Positions 1 through 14,100 of a DNA stretch of 64,000 bases are shown here, piece by piece. Below the pieces are notes generated by a model that was not told where the DNA came from, made no database searches, and was given only the letters and a program-made list of their open reading frames with translations. Every line of letters starts with the position of its first letter. The first letter of the stretch is position 1. Location: positions 71,054,001 through 71,118,000 of the forward strand of contig CM052817.1 of the NCBI GenBank assembly GCA_028534125.1. The letters run 5' to 3'. This DNA comes from Lama glama. Lineage: Eukaryota. A program made the position numbers and the translations under genes.

Positions 1-1153
1 CTCATTTTGCAGAGGAGAGTACTATTGATGATTGTCATTTATCCAAAGTTATTCAGCAAGTAAATGATAAAGTGCAATATAACTACAGTCTTTTGCTTCC
101 AACTCATGTTCTTTACTGATAATAAAAAATTCCTACACAAAAAACTTTGGCTGTTATGCCCTGAGTCAGTATACCAAATTCTTGTAGTTAGCCAAAATTA
201 TTCAATGAAAGATTATGCATACCTATTCGTAGTTTAAACCTTGGTTATCATGTCGGTGTGAAGAGCCCAGGATCACCTCTGTACCACAGAATTTTGTCTT
301 ATGGTGAAAAAGACCAAGATCTCTAACAGAAGAGAAGGGCCATGCGCATTTTCAGTTTTATTCATCAGTATGTACTCTAGCGTTCCCACCTAGGATAACT
401 GTGGGCTCTCAACAAAATATTTGTTGAGTGAATGAGTGGGAGAAGTATATTGTATGTTCTACTATTTGTGTGACTTACCACTAAATTCTATTATAAATTG
501 CCACTGAACATTCCTATTAATCTTACAAGTTTTGAATGAATACACATAATAAAAAATCTTACAGTCTAACACTTATTTATTGCAGTACCTTATGAAATAT
601 ACCAGGTACTGTTTGAGCTTTACTGAGGAGATGAATAAACTGACTCACAGAAATGCTAAGTAATATGCTAGGGAGCAACCCAAGCCATAGACTCCTCTCA
701 TATGAAGGTTTCATACAGCTATGCTGAGTTATAAAGTCATTAGAATTTGATTATCTTAAAATAGCCTAATATTGATAAAAGGGATTTAATAGCCTGGGAC
801 TTGGTAGAGCCTATCTTCAGAGAGTGATTATATTAACATTTCTATCAATCTAAAATTGATGTTTGTGTTTGACTACTTTTAAAGTTTGATACTTGTTTAA
901 GATGCCTTCACATGTGTCTGAGTACATTTTATTCCACCCATCAGTCGTATATTCTTCCCGCTCTCATCCCCTATTCTTATTAGCAGAAAATTTTATATGG
1001 TTTTTACAGTGTCATCAGACATCAGTCACTCTGATTTTTACTAGAGCCAGGAATTTTCCTAGATCAGCAAAACATCTTTCTCAAAATTGCCAAAGGTCGC
1101 TTTAAGGTACATTATCATTTTACACTTAGTAGATATTTTGGTTTTCCTTTTAG

Positions 1154-1234
1154 GTGTTGACAGCTCTTCTACCACAAGCAGTGCTTCTCCGATGCCCAAC
1201 AGTTACGATGCCCTAGAAGGAGGCAGTTACCCAG
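1154..1234 (+). CDS. SEC24B: SEC24B exon (window exon 1, 81 nt)
   Basis: ttttag|GT..CCAG|gtaatt; GVDSSSTTSSASPMPNSYDALEGGSYP; phase 1-1. Confidence 0.92.
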
Positions 1235-2161
1235 GTAATTTGTTTCCTGCTTATTTGATGTTCACTCAAAAAGTGACTGACCGTCAGTTGCTTTCAAACA
1301 TGAACATGTATTGTACATAGTTATCAGACTCTATTTTTAACAGGAAAAAAAGACATTTTCCTGGTATTTCTGAGCCTTAACTTAATAGCGCTAATTGCCT
1401 TGAAACGACTATGAATGCTATTTCTGGAAGGCCTAAGGAAATATATTATTCCATTTTTATTATTATGTTCCTTATCTTTTTCCTATTTCTAAGAGACATA
1501 ATACTGAAATTTTTCTCCTTTTCCCTTCTTTTTTATGCTGATAACTCCTTAAATAAATTTTATATTTCTGTTCTCATGCTTAGGTCCTTGAATTTCTTCC
1601 AACTAGCCTCTGAATATAAATAGTTTTTGACTCTTTACTCCCCCTATGGCTCCTTGCTGCCTCCACCAGGTAAATAGATTAAACAACTTGGGGGTAGGTT
1701 TCGGAGGCATTGCTTTTAATCGTATCTTGAAATAACTTTGCATTACATAGGAGCAGGAGTGGTGGACAGTGATAAAAAAATTACAAACTTAACTTTCATA
1801 ATGAATAGTCATTTCATTATAATATCATGTACTGGTATCTTCGTAATTTGCCTGTTTGCTATCACTGGCAACCAGGCAGCCACACCTGACCTCCCTCTTT
1901 CTCTTCCCTTGTGATTCCAAACTTTAAGACTAACAGAACAAGGAATTTTGCCCTTCTTTCTTATAACATTGCTAATTATCCAGGATGAAGCTTAATTGAA
2001 GTTGGAGAATGCTGGACTTAACACACTATCTTGCTATCATTATTCTATGAATCAGAAAACTTTAATCTTCTCAGCTTAGTATAGAGTTCCCTTTTAATAT
2101 TTCAAGAATACTTAAATAAGCTACTCAATCTTTTGTGGGTAAGGTTTTTTTCCCTAGGGAA

Positions 2162-2195
<34 letters not shown>

Positions 2196-5100
2196 GTGTT
2201 GGAGGTTGTAGACCATTCTAAAAGCAATTGCCATTATCAAATAAAAGTTAGAAGTTACTTCATTCCCTAAAGGATGAATACTGTGACTGTAGTATTTCAT
2301 GATCTTCAAATTAACCTGAGGTAAAATGCCCCATGCAATGTAGTTAAAAGTTTATGGCCTTGCTTTGTTTGTCTGTATTCATTTAATCAACAAATCTTAA
2401 TCTTGTTATGAACTGTGCTTTGACCGTAAGTGAATGACCTTGGGCAAGTTTTCCAGCTATTTGTACTGCACCAAAATTAAGGAAAGATGTGAATATCTGT
2501 CACAGTCAGATTAAATGAATTGAAAGTATGTCAGGTACTAGGTAGGTCTTAGGACTGTAGAAATGTATGAAACAGTATTCCTTTCCCAAAAAAGGAGAGA
2601 AGTTTTAGACCCCCGTGTTTAGGACCCGAGTTCTTTATTTCTTAGGCTGATGACTGTTGTCACTTTTATTCCCTTCACTGGGAGGAGAGACAAGCAGGAG
2701 ATCTAAGCTTGTCCTTTGAAGAAGCTGCATTGAAGCTCTTGTCCTTTTAAGAAGTCTGGGGGCTGACCAGGAAGCTAGCGCTTGCCTAATTAGCACAAGA
2801 TGATAGCCCAGTGCCTAGGAACGTGTCTTCAAAATGAGAGTCCACAGAGTCAGTAGAAAGATACGACTCCTCAACCACCTTCTAAAAAAAGTAAATTTAC
2901 TAAGTCAGATGCTTTTAGGACTGTATTCTTCGCAGAGTCTGATTGCTGGTGAGGAGTATAGTTTTAAATGAAAACTAGACTAGAATACACATGTATTTTA
3001 GATTTGACTTAAAAATAAGATTTAGTATAACAAAATGTTACTAATCATTGTGTGCAGTAGAGTAATAAACTTTCTTTTTGTTGTTATTCTTACATGTGAT
3101 GATTAAATTTTCTGTAGTTTTTCACAGTTTTTATCAAGTTTTAGTTTTTGTTATAAATTTAAATAAAGGAAGAACATTCATTCATTAAATTTTACTTGGT
3201 CTCTACTACATACCAGACGTTGTTTTAGGAGCTGAACACTATTCCAGCAACTGTCTTTCATATTTTCACAGTTTTGCCTCTGCAAATAAAGCAGACTTCT
3301 AGGGGACTGTGGAAATAAGCCACTCTTGCCATGGACTTTTTAAAAATAGATGTCAGGGTCAGAAAAAAAGCAAGTTAGAGAAAAGAGTAGTTAGCACCCT
3401 TTTTATTGCTTTGCTTTGTCTTCTGCTTCTTGTCCCCATTTCTGCTGAGAGAATAAAAAGAAAAATAAATTTTTATATACATAAATATTTATATTATAAT
3501 ATATACTATATTTCTTATATATGTATTTCATATGTATAAATATGAAGGGCTTATCTATTAGAAATACCAGTTGAAGTATTTGTTGTGAAATAATACAAAA
3601 TGGGGTTTTCTTGTAAATACTTTTGTTAAAAAAAGATAAAGTGGGAACATGTGAAACAAGATGAGCAAAATATTAATGATTATTAAACCTGAGTGATGTG
3701 TATATGGGGTTAATTATTCTATTTTCTCTACTTTTATGTTCAAAATTTCTCATAATAAAAACTTAAAAATGGCATTGGGGAATGCCAAAAGTTATGGACC
3801 ACCCAGGAGCCTTTATGGAGTCCTGATTTTCTGTTGTTAACACCATTATTTTCCTTTTGTTAGATATGCTCTCCTCATCAGCAAGCAGTCCTGCTCCTGA
3901 GCCCGCTCCTGAACCTGACCCTGCTCCAGCTCCAGCCCCCGCTGTTCCTCAGCCTTCAAAACTGGCTAAGCCGTTTGGATATGGTTACCCAGCTCTTCAG
4001 CCTGGATATCAGAATGCCACAGCACCACTCAATTCTGGAGTACCGCCCAGTAGCCCAGGGTATTCTGGATTCCAGCAGTATGCTCAAGTATGTATTTAGT
4101 CATTTAAAGACTGCATTTCTAAAAATTGTGAAACTGTTATCAATTCTGACAAACCCTTGGTGATTCAAATGGATCGTAAGTACGAATACAGATAAGCCCA
4201 GATCAAATGTACATAGAATTTGGTTCCAGTTTTTTATGTGTGTTCGTACATAGAAAAAGGTAAAAGGTGTTAGTTCTGATTTTTTTTCTGCATTATACTT
4301 TTATTTTTCAGAGTCTCTGCAATATACAGGTATTAATTTTATATCAGGAAATTAATTATTAGTTAAAATTTTATATTACTAAGCTGACTTTCTCCTTAAA
4401 AAAATGACATGGTGTTAATATGGTGGGGATTTTGGTTCCAACTCTTAAGTTGAAGAAATCTCCATGACATGTAACTGAAATTGGTAAAAAGCCTCCACAC
4501 ACAAATGCTTACGAGTACATTTGTTCATAGTACTGCTATGACTCGTTTTGACGTGACCTTTCTGGGAGTCACCTCTTAAATACCATATCAGTTTAGTAAT
4601 AGGATAATAATTATTTTATATTTATATTTATTGAGAAAAAATAGAATTTAAGGAAATGATTGAAATGGCAAAAACATTCTACTTAGAATTAAAAAAAAAC
4701 TGCTCTTAGTAGTCTAGCAGAAATTTCCTCCTATGGTGAACCAATGAAAATTAGAGTGGAAATAAGAAAACCATGTGTTTCTGGAATTTAATCTTAGAAT
4801 TAAGGCACAGAAGGAAAGAGGAAACTGGGAGACACATTGGAGAAAAATAATTGGTTAGTAGTTACCTGCCTTCCATTTTGTTAGATTTTCTTTATTGGTC
4901 CAGATGGGACACTACTATTTCAAAGTAAGTGAGCAATGGTAATTAAAGCGCATAGCTAGGATCTACATTTAAATTCTTACCTGTCTACTAGCAAGATTAT
5001 AGGTTTTTATCTAATATGAACAAACTAATTTTAAAAGAAGCCATTTATTTTTGAAGTCCTAGGTAGGATAAGAATATTTTACTTTAGTTTTAAGCAGCTT

Positions 5101-8100
5101 TCTATAATAAAATTGAAATACTTTTAAATGTTGCATTTAGTGCAACTCAGTGGGAAGGTTCTGAAATCTAAGGGCTTTCTTTGTATTCATTTATTAGAGA
5201 TGACTTTTATCAACTAGTGGGAAACTCCAGCGGTTATCTTTTGAGGAAGAAAAAAAACTTAAAATTTGTTTTTCAGTGTTGAAAAACAGGAAAAAAGTTG
5301 ATGTTTAAAAATGAAAATAAAAACTAGAAAAAATATTTTAGTGTACATGTGAAAACCCAAGTATAGATACTGTATGGCTTCTTTTTTTTTTTTAACTTTA
5401 AAAAGGTTCATGATCAATTAGAATAAGATGCAGAAAGTAAATAAAAGTGGAAGGTAAATATCAACCAATCCTCCCATCATCAAGATATAAACACTTGGAG
5501 TCTATCCTTTTAGGTTTCTTGCTGTACATTTGTGGGGGGAAGCTAGTAAAGCTGGTCATCCAAATGACCTCTTTAAACAAACAAATAAAAAAAAGTTGAT
5601 AAATACAGATATTGTTTCATAAATTTTCTATTCCTTTAACGGCATAAGAGGAAACTTTTATATCACTGCCTATCCTTCATCTGAAAGCTGCATAACGTTT
5701 TATAGTCATCCAGTCTATCATTGTTGGGCATAGCTGAGTGTGAATTAGTGAATCATAGGACCTATTTACCAGACTTCAGAATTTCTATTTATTCATTCAG
5801 TGAAAACTGAGTTCCTACCATGTGGCAGCCCTACTCTAGGCACTGAGGATACAAGAGGAAGTTAAGTGAGCAAAACAGTTCCTTCTCCCTGTAAACTTGG
5901 TGGGAGTGCGGGGCCAATGGGACAATAAATAAATAAATCAATAAATTAGTAACCTAATTTCAAATAGTTACAAGTGCTATGAAGCAAGACAAGTTCAGGA
6001 AATTGCTGGGTTTGTGGGATATGGAGTAAACAGTCAGGAAAGCCCTCATGGTAGAAGTTATGTTTAAGTTAATATTTGAATGACACGAAAAGCCAGACCC
6101 CAGGAAAATTTGGGGGTAGAGCATTTCAGGCTGAGAAAACGTATATACAGAGACAAACGTATATACAGAGACTTGAGCAGGAGCAACTTTAACATGTTCC
6201 AAGAACAAAGTCCCAGTGTGGCTGGAACTCAGTTAACAATGGGAAGAGTAATACGAATGAGATCAGAAAGCTAGGGAAGGACCATAGTCAGAAGCTTGAA
6301 TTTTACACCAAGTCCAAAGGGAAGACGTTGGAGATTTTATGGAAAAGAATGAAATCTGATCTATGTATTTAGAGAATCATTTAGCTACCATGTGAAGAAC
6401 AGATTAGGGATAGGAGTATTTGAAAAGACAAAAATGGAAACAGGGAGATAAATGAAAGCTTTGCCATCATCCCAGAAATAGAGGTAGTAAAAAGTGGATG
6501 GATAAGGGATATCTTTGGACTTGTTGATGAATGATTGGATGTGGTGGGTGAAGGAAAGGAAGGCATCAGGGATAACTCTTAGGTTTTTGGCAGGGCAACT
6601 GGGTAGAGGGTAGTGTATTAACTTAGATGGTGAAGACAGAGTAATGATTCAGGGAATGGGAAGTGAGTTGATCATATTAAGTTAAAATAGACATCCAAGT
6701 GGAGATGTCTGGCAGACAGTAGTTGATCAATATTTGGTGGTCAGGTATAGAGAGATAATGTGCCAATTTATATTCCCAGCAAAAGTGTCTATGACTGTCC
6801 ATTTCTCTATTACTAAGTATGCCAAGAATTATTTTTATAAGCAAAATTTTTTTCATAATTCTTAGTCATTTGTGTTTCTTTTTTGATCTATTTTACTGAG
6901 GTATAGTCAGTTTACAGTGTTGTGTCAGTTTTTGGTGTACAGCACAATTCTTCAGTCATACATGAATATACATACATTCATTTTCATATTCTTTTTCACC
7001 ATGAGCTACTATAAGATATTGAATATATTTCCCTATGCTATGCAGTATAAACTTTTTTTTTATCTGTTTTATATATACTAGTCACTATCGGCAAATCTCA
7101 TACTCCCAGTTTATCCCTTCCCACGCCCCTCCCCCTTAGGCAACCACAAGTCTGTACATTTGTGTTTCTTTATTGAAATCCCTGTTTATATTCTTTCACC
7201 ATTATTGTATCCAGGTCCTTCTGGTTTGTAAAAGCTATCTGTAATAAGTACATTAATCTTTTTTCTAATATATATTGAAATTTTTTCCCTGAGCTTAAAA
7301 TTTGTTTTTAATTTTAATGGCATTTTATTTTACATTGGAAAAATGTTTAGTTTTATATAATCTTGTTATTTCTTTTTTGTTTTCACCTTCGTTTGTATCC
7401 TTTAAAAGCTCTTTTCAACCTTAAGATTAGGAAAATTTTCTTTTAGTTTTTTTGGTGATTACCTTTTTGTATCTTTAATCCACTTAAGGTTTTATTTAGA
7501 TATATAATGTAAATAAATCTCATTTACCCCCAAAATATTTGGCTCTAATTTCAATGACATTTATTAAATAGTCTTTTTCTCATTGATTAAATATCCTACC
7601 CTTATTTTATATCCTAAATTCTTAAAGAATTCTAAGTTCTTACCCTAAACTTGGGTTTGTTTGGGGTTTTCTATTATACACTATTATTGGATCCATGTAA
7701 TGATTTTTTCTTTCATCCTTTAGAGCTCTACCAAAAACTCAGAATCCTTTTCATTGTCTAGGTTTTTTTTTCCCCCTTAACATCACCCGCTTCAATTACT
7801 GTCAATATTTTTCCGTATTTGTTTCATCTGCCCCCTACACACACACACACACACACACACACACCCCTTTTCTTGCAGAGGATTTTAAAGCTAATCCTGG
7901 GCAAGAGGAGGCGGGGAGATAGAAAAGATCATTTCTTGCAGACCACAATACCACTGTCACATCCAGCAAAATCAACAGTAATTTCTAAATGTCATTTAAA
8001 GTTCAGTCCATATTCAGATTTGCCTCATTTCAGAATTGCTTTTTTGCAGTTGGTTTGTTAAAATCAGAATCTAAACAAGGTTTGCTAATTGTATTTGCTT

Positions 8101-11100
8101 ATGCCTCTCAATTCTCTTTAATTTTAAAACAAACATCCTCGCCCATTTTTCATGCCTTTGATCTTCTGAAAAAACTGGGTCTGTTGTCCTGTAGAATGTC
8201 CTATATTCTGAATTTTGCTGATTGCTTCTTGTGGTGTCATTTAACTTGTTCCTCTGTTATACTTTCTATGGACTAGAAATTAGATCTAATGGCTCGATTA
8301 TATCTGGGTTTATTATTTCATTTGTTTATTTCCCTAAGCCAAAATATGATATGTTTTGGTTCTGTGTACATCATAATATCTGGTTGTCTCACTTTTAGTG
8401 GTGCTGGGATTGATTAGTCGGTTCATATGGTGACAGCCTGATCTCTTCATTGTGAAGTTCCTCATTAAGCTTTCACTTAGTGACTTTATCATCTATTGAT
8501 ACTTGTTTATCATCTATTCCAGATGACCGTTACGTGCATCATTTATTTCAGGATGGATTGTAAAATAGTGATTTTCCTGAATTTATCATTCTGTATTTAT
8601 TAGCTAGAATTCTACAGTACATTCACATAATAGAGTGCTCAGTAACTGTAAAAAAGAATGTGGAAAATCTCTATATATAGACATAGAGTTATTGCCAGGA
8701 CTTTTTTTAGGTTAAAAAAGGGTCATATTTAGAGCAGTGTATATATTAGTTTATATTTGTAAATTACATAAATTTTATGTTTACTCAAAAAGCATTTTGA
8801 ATTTAAAAAGATAGAAAGCAATCCTTAAAAATTAAAAGCAAACAGAAACAAATAAACCAATTTATCAAGTTGGATACATTCTGATACAGGAAAAAAGCAC
8901 TGTTCTAGCTAATCTTAAAACTTAGTATTTGGTATGTTCTCAGTGGGGAATAATCTAAGGACAAAAAGAACTACAAAGAAATCTTTAATTTAATAACCTC
9001 ACATTTATAACAGTATTGGTATTGTTATTTTGCAACTATTTTGGCATATCAGAGGATAAAATAAGGATGTTACCATTAGGAGTCAAGATTTTCAGTGAAG
9101 ATGAAGAGATACAGGCATAAAATCAAAAAAGTTAAAATGCCATCTTCTTAAATTTGGAGTCATTGTAAACTTATTATTTTTTTCCCTCTATTTAAAAATG
9201 TATGTTTTCTATTTCTGCCTATTGTAGAAGCGGGAAGTAATAACAGTACACTAGCAATGAACACCCTTGTTATCCAGATTATGGTCTCTAGATTCCAACC
9301 CTACTTAAAAGGAACCAAGATTCTTTTTTGGATAAACGACTAACTTTAGGTCTGAAGGAGGAATAACACAAAACGTTATGCCAGAAAGCAAGGAAGCCAA
9401 CAAAGACTAATGAGTTCATGTCAAAAGGACACTCAGGCCAGCTTGAAGGGGCTTTCACTGGCCAAAGATTGGGTAGTTTGGGCATCAAAGTGAATAATAA
9501 CCCTAATTTGCCAAGTCACTTTGAGTTGATGAAGAGCTGTGAGTTCATAATAATACTAAATATATAACAGAGGAAACAAAAAAATGAGCAAAGCAAAACT
9601 CATTGGACATCATAGTACATTTCTCTGGCATCAACTCATTCTGAAAATTGATAATTGAAAAAACTTGGAAACAAGCATTTATCCTGCCTTTCTGGTATAA
9701 AGTATATTCAGAGAAATTAAATTCTTTGACATTGAAAACGCTGTTGAAGTTTTGCTGTGAAATTTAATGTTGCAAATAAGTTTTAAAATTATTCAGTATT
9801 TTGCTTTGAGTTTATTTTTCAAGAATGCTTTAAGCTGTGAGCTGCTCTATTAAGTCATCCTACTACTACAAAGCCAGACTTAAATTTTCTTACCTTCTTG
9901 CCTTTTCTGTATGCTTAAAACCTATGTATACTTGAAGTTTTACTTACGCATGTTATATTGTTCTTTTGTTTCATTCTGAGTTGCTCTTTTCAGCAGTATC
10001 CTGGTGTGAACCAACTGTCGTCCAGTCTGGGAGGACTGAGTCTTCCGAGTTCCTCACAGCCAGAGAGCTTGAGACCTGTAAACCTTACTCAGGAGAGGAA
10101 TATTTTACCCGTGACTCCTGTTTGGGCTCCTGTACCTAACTTGAATTTAGACCTCAGAAAATTAAATTGTAGCCCAGAGTAAGTATTTAATTTAAAATCT
10201 GAAGTAAGTAAGACACCTTGTCAAAAACACTGTATGACTTTCAAAAATAGTAAAAGTAATAGGATATTAATTCCTTGATTGGAAGTTTTGTTACTGTAAA
10301 TTCTTCTAATTTAGTCTGTAAAGAAGTTCCAGACGTAAAATTCAATTCAGATCACCTGTCCCTGTCCCCGTCTCTGTTGCCATTCAGTCTCATTCCTTAT
10401 CACCTAATGCTTCAGAATTTTCTCTTCTCTTTTAGTGAAGGGTCTTAGGAACCCAAATCTAACTATATTTTTCTCTTCTTAAATTTCTTTTTTCCTCACT
10501 TTTCACCAGTAGTAACTTCTGATGTCTTTTAAATTAAGCGAAATCTTTAAAATTTTATGCCCTTCAATCTTTGCTTGAAAAGGATACAGACTTCACTTAT
10601 GTAGACCCCAGGTTCAGATAGGTTTTCCTCTGAATTTTCTTTTCCCACTCAGTATAGAATGTGAAAACCATTGACCCCAGGCTTATTTATCCAGCCTGAA
10701 TCTAGATTTAGATTTTCTTTGAGTGTTTCCTTGCCTCGTGGAAAAGTTTAGCAGGCAGCCTCTTTCTGGTGGCCACAGCCCCTGGTGTATCCTTTAGGTG
10801 GGTGAGCTCTGTTTCTCACCTCCCAGTGCCCCCAAAACTAAAAGTTCTCTGCTCTTGTCTGCTTTCGGTACTTCTGTCTCCTAAGACCAGGGTGCTTTTT
10901 AGAAGACCTCCTGCTTTTGGAATCTCTCCTCATAAAGTAAACTAATTCACAGACAACATTATCTTCTTCCTTGCATTAGGAGAATTAGTGTTCTTTAAAG
11001 GCTTTTTTTCTTTTTTAAGACTATAGTTTTCTAGTGTTTTTTCAGCCACTGCCTTATATGGATTTCCAATACAGGAAACAGGAAATGGAGGTGCTTCGAG

Positions 11101-14100
11101 GGTTCCACCTTTTTTGCCAGTCTATTGCCAGCGCCCCATCAGTGCCAAAGGCAGTGCCAAGATCATATCTATAAAAATGTATAATCACTGATTCTAGATT
11201 GAGAAGAGCTGCCCATCCTTAATGTAAACTGCTGTTAGGGCAGTAGGTGTGTGGATCACGGCCTGTGTGTGATGGGTTAGGCGTCCCCAAGTAGGTGAAT
11301 GCAGTATATGTACATGTGTAATGGGTCACACAGGTAGGGGGATGGTGTATATGCTTCTACTCAGTTATGTGTTTTCTATGAAAAAATCTCTTACCAAAAT
11401 AGCAAAGCAGAGTAATAGGCTTTAGAGTATATGCTTCAGAGTTTGAAAAACCTAGGTTCTTACCTTGGTTCCACTGATAAGTAGCCATGAAACTGTCCCA
11501 GTTATTCAACCTCTTAAATTCTCAGTATTGTCAGCTGTAAAACAGGAATAGTAACTGTGTCTACTTGTTAAGATAATTCATTCAATAAATATATACTGAA
11601 TGCCTTCCAAGTTAAGTGCCAGGCACTGTCGCTAAGTGCTGGGAATGAAGCAGTAAATGAAAGAAACAAAGTTCCTGATCTCATGCAGCCAATGTCCTGT
11701 TAGGGAAGACATACTGTGAATAGTCAAACCAATGAGTATGTAATGTATTTTCAGAGATTACTATGAAGTAGGGAGTAGTGAGGGTGGAGGGTGACTATTT
11801 TTAATTGAGTCAGGATATGTTTTTTCCAAGGACTTAACATTTGAATAGAAATTTGAATGAAACAAGAGAGCAAGTTGTGACTCTGGAAAGAGTGTGCCAA
11901 GCTGCGTGAACACCAAATGCAGAAGTCCCAAAGCAGGAGCCAGCTTGGCGTGTTCAAGGAACACCACCAGCCTAGAGTCAACACGTATCTGGATATCTCT
12001 ACATACTGTTCAACACTCTTCTTAGGAACTCCTCTCCTGGTTTCCAGTACCTCTGCCTCTTATCTCTTGGATTGTTCCTTTATTGATTCTATGTCTGCTG
12101 ACCTTAATTTGTAACTTAATAAATTTTAAGCACTTACTCTGTGAGAGGAGTAGTACCAGGGTGACACAGGGACAAAATATCTGATCTCCAGTGGAGGATA
12201 TAAACAAAGTACACAACCAACTAACAGATCAGACTAATTGATACCATAGAAGCATAAATAGATCTCAGCGCACAGAGGAAGAAGTCTTTACTTCTGACTT
12301 GTGATCGGGGCATGGATGGTTTCATACGAAGCTATAACTTTGAGTCTCACAGTAAGAGTCAGAGTTTAACAGGTGAAAAATGGGCAGTAAAGCAGGAACA
12401 GCATCATTAAAGGTGCAGAGGTGTATCTTTTCACTCGTATTTTCTACCTCCTCCTGCTCATGCCCTGCTAGTCATAGTAGAGTTACTGTTTTTTTTTTTT
12501 AATGTGTTGCACTTCTCCACCATGAAAATGTTGGCTCCTTAATTTAGGTCTTTTGACATAAATAACATACATGCCTGTTTAAAGTAATCGGAATTCTCCT
12601 AGTTATGGTTATGTAACATACCCAGGTGATTTTTACGAATTTGCCCTTAAATGTTTAGTTGTTTACAACTAGCTACTTCAGTTTTTTTGTTTTGTTTTGT
12701 TTTCTGGTAGCTAACATAGTCCATGTCGTTTGTATTTTTGCAGTTCATTTCGGTGTACTTTGACAAATATTCCACAGACACAGGCTTTACTGAATAAAGC
12801 TAAGCTTCCTTTAGGATTGTTGTTACATCCCTTCAGAGACCTAACGGTAAAGTAACATCCTCAGAAATGTTTGTGCTCATGTGCAAGGTATTCAGATTGT
12901 GTATTTTCTTAGATTTTTTTCATCATCTTTTATTTGAAGTTAGATTTAATCATTTCTGTAAAATTCAATTCAGCAAACATTTTCTGCCACATGCTTTGTG
13001 ACAGTGCCTAAACTAAGCACTGGTAAACAGCAAGATGATTAAGTCATTGGCCTTGCCCCCAAGAAATTCTTATTTAACTGGGGACAAAGATGTGAAAACA
13101 AATAGTTACTGTTCTGGATAACTAATACGTGTAACATAATCAAATTCTGTGAGTTACTTAGGTAATAAGCACAGTTTGGGAAGAGATTCCTTCTGGGTAC
13201 AGTAGCAGAATTTTTCTACAAGTGATGAGAACTGAGCTGGATTTTGAAAAATTAGTTTTGGAAGTTGAAAAGGCCATAGATGATATGTAAACTTTAGGAG
13301 TTCTTTATTAAACGTAAAGGAGGCACCAACCATGCTTTCCAGTTGAGGTGGGGGGGACTGCATGATTGTTCTTAACTATATTAACTAAATAACCTTTGTA
13401 ATAATAAAGTCTAAACATGTCAAGTTTATTGAATGAAAACGTTAACTTTTTTAAGTTTCCAATTGGGTTAGTTCAGGGAGACAGAATAATATTTCGTATT
13501 TTCTAAATTTCTTATGTTGAATATAAAGTTCCTTTTCCAAGCTAAGCATAAAGAGATGTATTTCTTTAAGGCACTTTGTATTTGGCTTCTTGTGGCCGCA
13601 GTCCCCACCAGGACTGTGTGGTTGTTACTGAGCAGTGCCTTAGGGTCTAGTGCCAGGGGCAGTCAGGCAGCAGAGACAAAGGCATTTTTATATGGTATAT
13701 GTTTCTCACTGTTGTTTCTTGAGTTTAGCTGATAAGCTCTGAGCTCTGAGTTATTGTGTTTTCTTGGCCAACTGGACTTTTCTTGTCAGCCAGTAACTTT
13801 TATTACATTCAGTTTGACTTGACTTTGGTATTATTTGATAGTTTGTGACAGAAGAGGGAGAAAGCTACATTGCTGCTTGCGTTCCTCAGCATACTCCTGT
13901 GTTTCATTAAAATGCTTCAATTTCAAAAAACAAGTGTGGTTTCTGTTCTGTATGTGGAGAAGAGCAGTCTGTGGTCCGTTTTTCCCTCGGGTGCTTTGTC
14001 TGCTGCAACATCTTTATTTTACTTCCTAGCAATTACCAGTAATAACATCCAATACCATTGTGAGGTGCCGATCTTGTCGAACATATATCAACCCTTTTGT

